DNA of 64,000 nt from Auanema rhodensis (lineage: Eukaryota; Animalia; Nematoda): NCBI GenBank assembly GCA_964057225.1, contig OZ059895.1, positions 14,136,001-14,200,000 of the forward strand. Reading direction: 5' to 3'. Below are positions 28,101 through 41,046 of the stretch, piece by piece. Below the pieces are notes generated by a model that saw only the letters and a list, made by a program, of their open reading frames with translations, did no database searches and was not told where the DNA came from. The translations under genes were made by a program, and so were the position numbers. Each line of letters begins with the position of its first letter. Position 1 is the stretch's first letter.

Positions 28101-30776
28101 ATTACCCAAGTTTGAGGTACTTTCCTGATTCAACCAGAAGCATTCTGTGTTCGAATTAAATTTTGGAACGCTCTCCACTGGAGAGCAACATGAATCGAAA
28201 ATCATTGGAAGAATCAAGTTCTTTGGAATTTTAAAATTGAAAAATCAACGAAGATGATAATCATTCTGGGAATTGTAGTTGAGATGAGCCAAGTTCAGAT
28301 GTAGCCTCCACGTGTGCATGACCCATGGTGTCTAGTCAAGAGAGACGGTCTTTATCATGTTGGGGGGAGAGATACAACACGTCTATGTGATACGACACTT
28401 GCATTGATGCCACTGGGAGGTGACACTGCTTCGTCGGTTTAATTACCCAAGTTTGAGGTACTTTCCTGATTCAACCAGAAACATTCTGTGTTCGAATTAA
28501 ATTTTGGAACGTTCTCCACTGGAGAGCAACATGAATCGAAAATCATTGGATGAATCAAGTTCTTTGGAATTTTAAAATTGAAAAATCAACGAAGATGATA
28601 ATCATTCTGGGAATTATAGTTGAGATGAGCCAAGTTCAGATGTAGCCTACACGTGTGTATGACCCATGGTGTCAAGTCAAGAGAGACGGTCTATACCATG
28701 TTGGGGGGAGAGACACAACACGTCTATGTGATACGACACTTGCATTGATGCCACTGGGAGGTGACACTGCTTCGTCGGTTTAATTACCCAAGTTTGAGGT
28801 ACTTTCCTGATTCAACCAGAAACATTCTGTGTTCGAATTAAATTTTGGAACGCTCTCCACTGGAGAGCAACATGAATCGAAAATCATTGGAAGAATCAAG
28901 TTCTTTGGAATTTTAAAATTGAAAAATCAACGAAGATGATAATCATTCTGGGAATTATAGTTGAGATGAGCCAAGTTCAGATGTAGCCTACACGTGTGTA
29001 TGACCCATGGTGTCAAGTCAAGAGAGACGGTCTATACCATGTTGGGGGGAGAGACACAACACGTCTATGTGATACGACACTTGCATTGATGCCACTGGGA
29101 GGTGACACTGCTTCGTCGGTTTAATTACCCAAGTTTGAGGTACTTTCCTGATTCAACCAGAAACATTCTGTGTTCGAATTAAATTTTGGAACGCTCTCCA
29201 CTGGAGAGCAACATGAATCGAAAATCATTGGAAGAATCAAGTTCTTTGGAATTTTAAAATTGAAAAATCAACGAAGATGATAATCATTCTGGGAATTATA
29301 GTTGAGATGAGCCAAGTTCAGATGTAGCCTACACGTGTGTATGACCCATGGTGTCAAGTCAAGAGAGACGGTCTATACCATGTTGGGGGGAGAGACACAA
29401 CACGTCTATGTGATACGACACTTGCATTGATGCCACTGGGAGGTGACACTGCTTCGTCGGTTTAATTACCCAAGTTTGAGGTACTTTCCTGATTCAACCA
29501 GAAACATTCTGTGTTCGAATTAAATTTTGGAACGCTCTCCACTGGAGAGCAACATGAATCGAAAATCATTGGATGAATCAAGTTCTTTGGAATTTTAAAA
29601 TTGAAAAATCAACGAAGATGATAATCATTCTGGGAATTATAGTTGAGATGAGCCAAGTTCAGATGTAGCCTACACGTGTGTATGACCCATGGTGTCAAGT
29701 CAAGAGAGACGGTCTATACCATGTTGGGGGGAGAGACACAACACGTCTATGTGATACGACACTTGCATTGATGCCACTGGGAGGTGACACTGCTTCGTCG
29801 GTTTAATTACCCAAGTTTGAGGTACTTTCCTGATTCAACCAGAAACATTCTGTGTTCGAATTAAATTTTGGAACGCTCTCCACTGGAGAGCAACATGAAT
29901 CGAAAATCATTGGATGAATCAAGTTCTTTGGAATTTTAAAATTGAAAAATCAACGAAGATGATAATCATTCTGGGAATTATAGTTGAGATGAGCCAAGTT
30001 CAGATGTAGCCTACACGTGTGTATGACCCATGGTGTCAAGTCAAGAGAGACGGTCTATACCATGTTGGGGGGAGAGACACAACACGTCTATGTGATACGA
30101 CACTTGCATTGATGCCACTGGGAGGTGACACTGCTTCGTCGGTTTAATTACCCAAGTTTGAGGTACTTTCCTGATTCAACCAGAAACATTCTGTGTTCGA
30201 ATTAAATTTTGGAACGCTCTCCACTGGAGAGCAACATGAATCGAAAATCATTGGAAGAATCAAGTTCTTTGGAATTTTAAAATTGAAAAATCAATGAGGA
30301 TGATAATCATTTCGGGAATTATAGTTGAGATGAGCCAAGTTCAGATGTAGCCTCCACGTGTGTATGACCCATGGTATCTACTCAAGAGAGACGGTCTTTA
30401 TCATGTTGGGGGGAGAGATACAACACGTCTATGTGATACGACACGTGCATTGATGCCACTGGGAGGTGACACTGCTTCATCGGTTTAATTACCCAAGTTT
30501 GAGGTACTTTCCTGATTCAACCAGAAACATTCTGTGTTCGAATTAAATTTTGGAACGCTCTCCACTGGAGAGCAACATGAATCGAAAATCATTAGATGAA
30601 TCAAGTTCTTTGGATTTTTAAAAATGAAAAATCAACGAAGATGATAATCATTCTGGGAATTATAGTTGAGATGAGCCAAGTTTAGATGTAGCCTACACGT
30701 GTGTATGACCCATGGTGTCAAGTCAAGAGAGACGGTCTATACCATGTTGGGGGGAGAGACACAACACGTCTATGTG
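28101..30776 (+). ncRNA. sls-1: SL1 RNA gene array, block 2 (one 5'-truncated copy plus 7 complete copies, 341-bp unit)
   Basis: Starts at nt 7 of a leader (ATTACCCAAG...). Full leaders at 28436, 28777, 29118, 29459, 29800, 30141 and 30482. Ends inside the spacer at ...GTCTATGTG. Confidence 0.96.
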
Positions 30777-31477
30777 TTTTAAGATGTTGTTTATCATTGT
30801 TGTAAGTGATTGTAGAGATATTCTACAATTTGTTATTCTATTCAAATTCAAAAATGGTGCCTCTGCAGAATGTTCATTTTTGATGCTTGAGAATCTCGAA
30901 GAAGAGTATGGTTGTATTCAAGCCGTTACAAAAGTTGTTCAGAAATGAATGTTGCTTCCTTTTTGGTTTCAAATTGTATGAAAATTATAAATATTTTCAG
31001 AAATCTATCTGTTAAACTTTGTAGATATGATTTGAATTTCCTGGTTAATTCTAAAAATCAAATTTTGTTGTCTTTTATGAACATTTTTGTTGTTTTTTCG
31101 ACACATTTGCTCAAGATTGTTTTGATTATTGTCATTTTACTGAATATCTTTATGATATTTATGATGCAACATTGAAGAATTTACTTATAATTTTAAACAA
31201 TCTTTATTGATTCTAATATGAATATATTCAAATGATTCCAAAATTGAATATGGAAATAGTTCTGATGGTATATAGCCATACATAGGTTGGTAGCTGAATG
31301 AGCAAAGCAACAAGTCTTCTCTGAGTTCAATCGATGTACATATTTTGCCATTAACTTTGTCTTTGGGAAAGAACTCAAGCCACTCTCGGATAGTCCTCGG
31401 CGTCCAAACATATTTGAGTCAAATTTGCATCATTCAGAATATAGAAGTAATGTGATTTCTAAATGATTTTGTAATAA

Positions 31478-32634
31478 TTATGAATTATCAAATTTCAAAC
31501 AATTTGAAAAACTTTGTTGTGCCCAAACTTTGTGGACTACTCCAAATATAACTCGTCGATATTCCTTGTGTCCCAACAGTATTGTTATGATGTTAGCTGT
31601 ACCATGGCTAGAATATGCTAGCAATCCAATAATTCCAATAACTCTTGAATTAATAAGAAAAACGGATACGAGAGGCGCAGGCATTAATAAGATTGGAATA
31701 GTAATCTGAAGATATGTATCTATATGTAATGAAGATGACAATCTAGACAACTTGAATAATGAGTGTCCATAGAAAAGTTTGTTGAAGTTTTCGAGTTCGT
31801 GCTGATAAGTTAGAGGTTGATGAGTATAGAGTATGTAAGCAGACAGCAAATATAATCGTCCATAATATGAGAAGAGCACATACGCCTATCATATAACTAA
31901 CAGCCAGAAATATTTTTTGATTATTTGGTATTATAATAACATCATTATTCATAAGTAAAGGACCATAATTATGTTGACATATGTTATTTTCCTAGAAATA
32001 CTATATGAAATAAAGTTTATATATGATATAATAAACTTGTAATTGAATATAAATAATTTGAAAATCACTTGATGTGGTCATAAACATAAAAGTACAAACG
32101 AATATCCAAAGACAATGTGCAAATGCTACTATCATATAATGACCAATTTTATTGAAATATAATGGATGTGAATATGTGATAATAGCTCTGGCTCGAAATA
32201 TTACCATATGCATGTATACACCAACGATTTCTACAATCAGACTTGGCAACATAAGAGCAAGTTTGAGCATATTTCATATACCTGTAGATAAGAATGCTCC
32301 TATATATACGAAATAAGCAATAGGAATACGTAATGTAGATGTAATGCCTGTTTGACGCATTCCACTTATAGCTGGATGTATATCTACAGATAAGCAAACA
32401 CCAATAACAAAATCTTGGAGTAGAAAACTTTAAAAAATTATGATTATAAGGATTTGAAAAGGAATAATTAGCATAATAAACTAACCATATAAGATGATAA
32501 ATCAATAAATTTTTGTAAGAAGAAAATAAAGATGGTGAATAATAAATTATAATATATACTGATAATACAAATAATAGTAAGTTTATGGAAAATATTAAAT
32601 ATTGTAAAAACAGATAAAAGCTACCATTTTCCAT
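31478..32634 (-). CDS. Serpentine chemoreceptor GPCR, Srh/Sri-like, 5 exons
   Basis: MENGSFYLF...SSYKNLLIYH | FLLQDFVIG...LST | EIVGVYMHMVIFR...QLQ | ENNIC...SARTRKLQQTFLWTLIIQ | ITIP...SSHGTANIITILLGHKEYRR. The S.HG and HK.YR motifs in TM7 are Srh-like, and the exons splice in frame. Confidence 0.85.
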
Positions 32635-33448
32635 TTCCAATGATATACACATAATTAGTTTAAAAAAAAATATAAAATATTGAACGAAAATTTAAAATAA
32701 GCCAAAATATTTTCTTTTTTTAAATTAAAATCTCAAATATTACAGATTTCACACATTTCTTCCGTGTGTATTCTTTTGACGACAATTTAATTTTTATGCT
32801 AATATGCTAACGTGAAATAAATTTTTGTTTTTTGATTTTGCTTCAATTACAATTTACAAACAAAAAAGATTTTTGAAATTATAACATACAATGTATTCAT
32901 CAAATATTTTTTTTTATTTCAAATATCAAATCATTAATAGTTGCAACATTAAAACTTTATTTTGCATAATTTAAAAACATAATAAGAATATTGATCCGAA
33001 CTTTATCTAATTTTCATGAATTACATCAGAATGAGATCCATTGGATTTCAAAATTAAAATCATCAGATTCATAAATGCAATAGTGATAGCAAACATGTTT
33101 ATAGTTATTCAACTGATAAACAAAAATATTAAAAAAACAAAAAAAATTATTCTATTAATTCTCAAAAATGGAAATTTTAATATTTCTTTTGTGTTTTTTG
33201 GATAAAAGAATAACAACAACAGTGTATGCACTTATGTATGTTAGTATTTCTTGTATTTAACGAATATTGGTTATCGTTATCGATAAACATATCACATCTC
33301 TAATTTGAATTTCATATCAAAAATAATATTTTAGATATTGGTTAGAGAGCAGAATAGAAATCCACAATAAGATGCTCATTTTGATTTTAAAACAATTTGA
33401 AATTAAAAGTTCCCATGTTTATATTTAAAAATGGGAAAATAAAGATTT

Positions 33449-33764
33449 GTCTCTGGTATTGTTTCGCCCACCCCCCCCTCCTAATAATCAGAGAGTTAAC
33501 ATTAGAGCGCGCTTATAACATTTTGGGCACACAATAGCTTTGCATAAACCAGCGGGAGTGCTCTATCCCAGATCCGGTGGGTCTGGGGGGTATCCCCCCC
33601 CAGATAGAGAGAGCTTCAACAAAATTTTAAAGTATTAAATGTATCAGAGAGAGCACTCCCACTCGCAAAGATGAGACTCTGTATTTTCAGGTAAAAAACC
33701 CATGCGCTCTAATGTTAACTCTCTGATTATTAGGGGGGGGGGTGGGCGAAACGATACCAGCCCC
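33449..33764. mobile_element. MITE with ~58-bp terminal inverted repeats and an 8-bp TSD (Merlin-like, tentative)
   Basis: 33453-33510 and 33704-33760 are near-perfect inverted repeats. AAAGATTT flanks both ends (33441-33448 and 33765-33772). The right terminus reads GGGGCTGG inward. No coding capacity. Confidence 0.8.
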
Positions 33765-33895
33765 AAAGATTTTAACCTAGCACTACCACTGTCTAGTAAA
33801 GAGAGGCAATCTCTATGTGGGTTAGAGACAGACATAGCACCCCAATGGGATACGGCGCTATTATTGACAGCACTGGGAGGTGACAATGCTTCATC

Positions 33896-33989
33896 GGTTT
33901 AATTACCCAAGTTTGAGGTACTTTCCTGATTCAACCAGAAACATTCTGTGTTCGAATTAAATTTTGGAACGCTCTCCACTGGAGAGCAA
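33896..33989 (+). ncRNA. sls-1: Solitary SL1 RNA gene
   Basis: Perfect leader 33896-33917, GT donor, stem II, Sm site and stem III. Near identity to the array unit spans only ~33871-34038. Confidence 0.95.
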
Positions 33990-34844
33990 CATGAATCGAA
34001 AATCATTAGATGAATCAAGTTCTTTGGATTTTTAAAATAAAAATTTAGCGCGTAATGAGGAAGATGTTCATTTTAAAGTTTCGGTTTAAGATGAGCGGTT
34101 GTATACAGGATGTATCGAGTTGTTGTTTACAAATTTAAATTTTGAATTTTTCAGTGTCATTGGATTTATTTGGATATTAATGTATTTTTGACTTGTAATT
34201 GGGTAAAAGACAAATTTTATTGTTTTTGAAAAGCAGATATTCTCTATTATAAACATATTTACTAACAACTTGAGCATGAGACGAATTCAAAGCTGATAAA
34301 GAAATATATGTATGTTTCCCGATACTTTTTAGTATTTTTCGGTTTAACATTTGAAAAAGTGTATTTTACTTATTGAAAATCAAATTTTAGCATATTAAGT
34401 GACGTCAAAGGAGCAATGTATCCAGAATAAATATCTTAGGACAAGGTTCTCTTTTGCTCTCTTACTTACTCATTGCCTCTCTCTTCTCCTCTGTTTTATT
34501 GGACTAAAAGTCATCTATTAGACTGTTTCGTGATGTAATTTGAAGAAAATGTAATGAAGCATAATCCGCATTACTCAGGAAATTACCATTTCCATACTTA
34601 ACTATAAGTTTAAAGGATTAAATATATGGTATATGGTATATGGTTAACGGAAACTATGTCATCAACGTAATTCTAATTTCATTTTAGTATATGAAATGAA
34701 TTTTTTTTTCTTTCAATCTCTTAACTATAATTTTTTCTTTGACGTTTGTTTTCTCATGCATTTTCTGCTCGGAAATGTCCAAAACATAAAGTGGATATAG
34801 TTATCTTGATTAAGAATAGAATACATACATATACATGGAAATAA

Positions 34845-35763
34845 TAGCTGATTCCATTGATTCGCTGCCCTCCCCCCTGTCTCTCCCATTGAAAAATTCA
34901 TAATTTTATGCTAATTTTACAAAATTATTTAAAAAAAGATATTAAAGTTTAATAATTAAAATAAAACATAAAAATATAAATATAAATCTCAAAATTTTAC
35001 ATCTGAAAAAACTGTTTGTTTCTCCTATGTGCAACACCCCTCTTCATCATTTTCATGAAAGAATTTCTGTCTGGAAACCTTCAGAAGAAGGTATTTTGTG
35101 TACCCAGATTCTACTCCATCAAACAGAACTAGTTAGAAACGGTTCTAGCCACTTCAAAACCGGCGAGGTCGATCTTGAAGATCGTTTGAACCCAAAGCTG
35201 CGGTAAAATTCAGACCAAACGGTACTTCCGTCCGTGTTCTGGAACAGAAATGGAGTTCTCTTCTATTAGATCTTACCTTAACGGTAAAACCATAGATAGA
35301 AAACTTTATTCTGAGAAACTCGCGAAGCTCAGCTTAGTTATTGAGCTCAGCAACAGAAGTATAGCGTTGTTGCATGACAACACTGGCCCTCACTGCAAAG
35401 GCACAGGAATTCTGGAGCTAGGATGGATCGTTCTCAGAGATATCTCTTAATCTTCAGATCTAGTTCTAACAGATTCTTCTGTATAGGTCGATAGAGCATA
35501 ATGTGAAAACTGAAAATTTTGAAAATTTAGAGGAACTTGAAAAATTGGTAAATTTTTTTTTGCTTCCAAAACTGAACATTATTTAAGAAAAAATAAAGAA
35601 ATCTAGAAAAACCTAGAAAAACAGATAGATGAAAATGATTAAGAAGATATGAAAACACTAAAAATAATAAAAAATATTCTTTAAATATGTTTTTTTTTTG
35701 ATTATTTTTTGGTGTTTGATGGGGTGTTGGGGGTTGGGGGCATCAAATCAACGCAGTCATCTA
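34845..35763 (+). mobile_element. Degenerate, internally deleted mariner (Tc1/mariner) element
   Basis: Broken transposase: HFKTGEVDLEDR, SVFWNRNGVLFY*, GKTIDRKLYSEKL, IALLHDNTGPH (cf. HDNARPH), ELGWIVL, SSDLVLTD (cf. SPDLAPSD), FFASK. Decayed TIRs at 34845-34870 and 35738-35763 match at 20 of 26 positions. Confidence 0.85.
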
Positions 35764-36363
35764 ATATATTAGTTTGTATTAACTATATATTTATAGTATT
35801 CTTCTTCATATATGTATATGTAACTGTATTTGGTACTTATTGTCTTTTTATCTTCCAATTCATCGTCATGATTCATAAATTAAGTTGAAAAATTTTTTTA
35901 GCTTGAAACAATTGAAAAAATAATAATTTTAAATTAAAAAAATGTTTCTTTTAATCAATCATCAAATATTTTTTTGAATATTTAACAGCTTTCTTCATTT
36001 TTTTTTTGTTGAGAAAAAAAAATAGTTTTATTTCAACTTAACTTAAAATTTTTCTTTTCAAATAATTGAAATTGAAATTAACTGACTTTAGTAAAGATCA
36101 ATGTTCTTCTGCTTCTTCTTCTACGTACATATATGTCGTCATCATCTTCTTCTTCCTTTTAAGGAAATTCCTTATAAGCCTTTAAAAGCTAAAAATAACT
36201 ATTTTCTTATTGAAAAAAAGAATTAAATGACGATTTTTTTGTTCTGAAATTCAATAGGATATATTTATTTCATTTTTAGCTTAAAAACCCTTAAATAGAC
36301 TTCTATATACACATCCAATTATCTTTTTCGTATGATTTTCAAATACTAAAAATTTGTTTTTTT

Positions 36364-36398
<35 letters not shown>

Positions 36399-36561
36399 AA
36401 TATATATATATATTCTCATTCTCTATGTATACATACATACAAGATACATACATATATGATGTGTCACCCTCATCTCAAACTAGTTGCAACCCACACATAA
36501 ACTTTAATTTTAAATTAATTTATTGTTTCAAATATTTTATATCAAAAAAAAAATTACGTCG

Positions 36562-36598
<37 letters not shown>

Positions 36599-38217
36599 AA
36601 ATTATATTTATTTATAATAATTAAATCTAAATATATCAATATAACTATACATATATGTAGTTAGTTGTATATTCTCTAACTATTCATCCTTTTTTCTTTT
36701 TTTTTTATTTAAAAATAATATAAATTACGTATAGTTATACTATACATATACATATAGTTATATATTAAATAATTTCTATTTTATTATTAAAGATTAGAAA
36801 TATTTCATCTTTAAATAGAAATATTTAGAAATCAAATTGATGATAACGTTTAAAAATTGAATATAATGATATGTTAGACATTGATATTACATCATCATCA
36901 TCATCATCAGCATTATTATTATTATTATTTAAATAAATACTTTGATTTTTCAATTTTACGTCATTTATAAATGATATAAGAATAAAAATTAATTTAATTT
37001 ATATTTAATATAATAAGTTAAGATATAGAGAGAATAGATTATACTTTAAGTATTTTCTTACATATCTAACTATATACATACATATATACTATATATTCTT
37101 ATATAATTTAGAGTTTAATTTAATTTTTATTTAGTTTATATAATTGGTCTTTATAGACAAATTACTTGTAACAAACTCTTATATATTTCAACTTTTTAAA
37201 ACTTTATTTCACATATTCTATTATTTTCTAATAGAAAAATATCTTTTTCATTCATTCTACTCAATTTAGATTTAGAAAATCAGACTATGCTGCTTATACG
37301 TTTCTTTCTTCATATACTATAATATTTTTTTTTTATTTGAAATATTCTATAGAATAGCTAGTTCTATCTATACACATTCTATTGTATTCTATATAGATAT
37401 CTCTCTTTATAAATCTTTAACTATACGTATAGTTAAGATATTCTCTTAAATTATAATCATCAATCGAAATTACTTTAATATTATTTGATAAAGAAGATAA
37501 ATTAATGTGTTTTAAAACATTTTTATCAACTTATATATAAAACTTATTCAATTAGTAATAAAAATATTTGAATTTACTATATTTTTTGAATTTCAACTAT
37601 AACTTTAATATCATAATTAGTTAAATATTAACTTTGAAATGAAGTATAATAGTAAAATTTCTTATGAAATACCATATTTTTCTCTCAAAAGTCTGAATTG
37701 TTACACCCGGAATCACCGAATTTCCGGGTATTTACGGACCGGATCTCTGTTAGGTACCGCCCTGATACTGATAGTAGCCTTGATAGCCATATGTAAACAG
37801 TTAGAGTTATTTTGAAATATTATCTATCTATATCATATAATTTATATAAATATCTTTATTATGAAATTGTATTTTCCTAACTAACTATACGTATACCTAA
37901 TTTGCATATTAACTAGTAACAAGATATTCCATCACGTGTCATTTCATTTCATTTTGACATTACTGAATTGTTGAGTTTTGAGTTTTCCCTTTTATTCTTT
38001 CACCCCTCTCTCTCTCTCTCTCTCTACATTTCACTTTATTTTTTTCTATTCACTATTTGAATCATCAAAACTTTATTTTCTATATATATATATATATACT
38101 AACAAAGTAATTGCACAATTAAAGAAAGATTTAAGCCCAGAAAAAGAAAAAAAAACACAACAAACTACTCAGAACTTCTATAGAGGGAGAGAGAGGGATA
38201 GTTAGAGAGGGATAGTT

Positions 38218-38249
<32 letters not shown>

Positions 38250-39341
38250 GGGTGTATATGTGTATGTGTGTGTGTGTGTGTGTGTGATGCCCAATTTCAG
38301 TAGCAGCCTAAACTATCGTATACTATTGGCTCACCTTTTGATTTTAAAATCAAAAAACCAAAAAATATAATTTCATTGTATAAAAGAAATTAAAAAATTA
38401 GTTCATAACTATATATATATTCTATCTATCTATCTATATCTATCTATATATAGTTAATAATATTATTGAAAAGTAAAAATTTTGTAAAGATAATTTCATT
38501 TTCTTTAACGACCTTTCTTTCAATTTATCTTGATATTTCAATGTTTCCATACGTAAAAGCTTAAATGGCTAGCTAATCCAAGGTGAGCATCTTGCGATCA
38601 ACGCCTCTAACATCACAAATCATTCTCCTCAGTCATTTAACCATTTTTAATGAAACTCAACAACGATCTCAATGATCTTCATTAAACATTTTTTTTTTAG
38701 AAAAAATCTTTATTTTTCTAAATTTAAAAAGAAAAATTTGAATAAAATTATTTTTTTTTTTAAATAACTTTTAATTTTTAATCTCAAACTTTTTAATATT
38801 TTTTTTAATCTTAATTATACTAAATTGATAAATAATAACTTTGATGATAGTTAAACGTTAAACATCTCTATTTCCTAAATTCTCAACGAAATCACTTATT
38901 AATAGCTTTTCGTCCACCTATTGACTGCATTTTTTAAAAAACTTTTCCAAAAAAAAAACCTGAAAATACAGTTGTTGAGAAGGCAATTATCTTTAAAATA
39001 ATCTTTTATTCCGTTTATCATCCCACTCATTTTTTAATTTGTGAAGTTTCACTAATTTCTTCCTTTTCCAACTTTCCGTTTAAAACCTTAAATATTGTTC
39101 CAAAAAATCTAAAAATAAACAATTTGCTTACAGACGTAATGAAATGCTATGAAATGCTCTGGAAACAGAGGGAAAAAAGCCTAAAAAAAGAGAGAATATC
39201 CATATAGAATGAGAGAGAAAAAGAATGAGAGCGAGTTGTAACATTCAGTTTGCAAAACATGACGTGAATTTAGCGTTTGGCTTTTATCCAAAACTTCATA
39301 AATGAACGTTGACCATTCTGATTCATTCTACTCCCTCCACA

Positions 39342-39409
<68 letters not shown>

Positions 39410-39723
39410 GTATTACCACCCACCACCAACACCCCCATATCTACCACTTTCTCTTTCTTCTGTCTCTTGTAAAAATCTCTGTTAGCTTGTCATCGCTATG
39501 CTTATAGTCCAATGTTCCTTTCTCAATCTTCTATCAATCTCTTCTTTCTTCTTCGTCGTCGTTGTTTTCATTTTTCTCTTCTTGATTTCATGGAAAAAAG
39601 AAAGAAATTTTTTTTCGTTTGTCTTTGTTCCTATAAATAGTTCAAAAATTTTCAGATTTCATTCAATTTTCCTCATCATTTTCTGAAGAAGATTCATCTT
39701 TTTTCAAGAAATAGATCAGACTA

Positions 39724-40371
39724 ATGCTATCTTCAACGTATTTCTTACATCTAATCTTCATATTATTCACAATATTTATTGTTGTTTCATCATTTAATGA
39801 TCATCCAACAATTAATTTTCATGAGCAATTGCTAAGGTTACAGAATACATATCCTCGTAAGTTTTCAAATTTCTTCATTCATTCTTCAATCATTTTTCTT
39901 CATTTTTCTTTTTTTTTTATTTAAATAAATTATAAATTTATAAAAAAATAATTTATTAAATAGTTTAATATTTTATTTAGTATTATTATTATTATTATTC
40001 AACTATATTAAACTATTTTTATTTTTTTTTTAATAAAAAAAATTATTTCCAAATCTATTTTTTGCAGTTTTTTAAATAAAAAAATAAAAAAATGAGGAAT
40101 TTCAAGTGGAAAACTGAGTTATGATGAATGTGGGTACATAGCTTGCTAGACAGGAAAGAGAGAGGGAGAGGGAGAGAGAGAGAGGGAGAGAGAGAAAGAG
40201 AGAGTAAAGGTTAATTTTGAATTTATTTGAAAAATAAAAAAAATCTCAAAAATCTCGAAATTTCAATTTTTTTTTATAAAAAATTGTATTACAGAGCAAC
40301 AGTTTCCCGTTGAAAGAGCTCGAAGAGTTCAGTTCTTCAGATTAAACGAGGATGATCTGGTACCATCATAA
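39724..40371 (+). CDS. Small secreted peptide precursor (neuropeptide-like), 2 exons, 69 aa
   Basis: Exons 39724-39856 and 40295-40371 give MLSSTYFLHLIFILFTIFIVVSSFNDHPTINFHEQLLRLQNTYPQQQFPVERARRVQFFRLNEDDLVPS*. Hydrophobic signal peptide, RARR convertase site, GTAAG donor, TTACAG acceptor and an upstream TTTTCAG. Confidence 0.7.
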
Positions 40372-41046
40372 CGGATAAGATTGATGTTTCACATCATCAT
40401 CACATCATCTCTTTAAAATAATTTCAAAAAAAAAAAACATCTAATTGGTCTTGAATAGAAAATTTTCTTTTTTTTTTGTTTTTAATTCAAACATTAGAAA
40501 TCATTGTATTCAACCAATATATACATATATATCTCAATAACTATGCATGTATTTTTCTTTTTTCTTTTTAAAATTATAAAAATGGAACTCTTGTTCTTCG
40601 ATATTTGATGTCATCTTTAAGACCAAATCAACTATTCAATCAACAATCACATACACATATGCATACATACATAGATAGATACATACATATACTTCTTCTG
40701 AACTAATTTTCATTTTTTATTCTTCAAAATTGACTGACTGATATGAGCTTATTCTTCTTTTTTCTTCTTTTTTTTTCCTATTATATATACTATATACATA
40801 TATGATTAAAGTTTTAAAAAATAGCATTTAAGTTCTTAGATGAGATACTGATTGACATCAACTCTCATCATCATCATCATCATCATCATCTCATCCATAT
40901 TCTAGAATTTCATGTTATCAAATTTATACTTTACTTATATTGTATTTTGTATATTTATAATAATAATAATAATAATAATATTTATTTATTTATTTATTTT
41001 TATAATTTATATTCTAAAAATAAGTTTTTTTTAAGTTTTACATACA

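Noticed and set aside
1-30776. CRISPR array or centromeric satellite
   Set aside because: There are no unique spacers or cas genes, the context is eukaryotic, and every unit is a structured SL RNA gene.
33644-33902. Overlapping 80-aa and 66-aa ORFs
   Set aside because: They span the MITE TIR and the SL promoter, so they are chance ORFs in GC-rich sequence.
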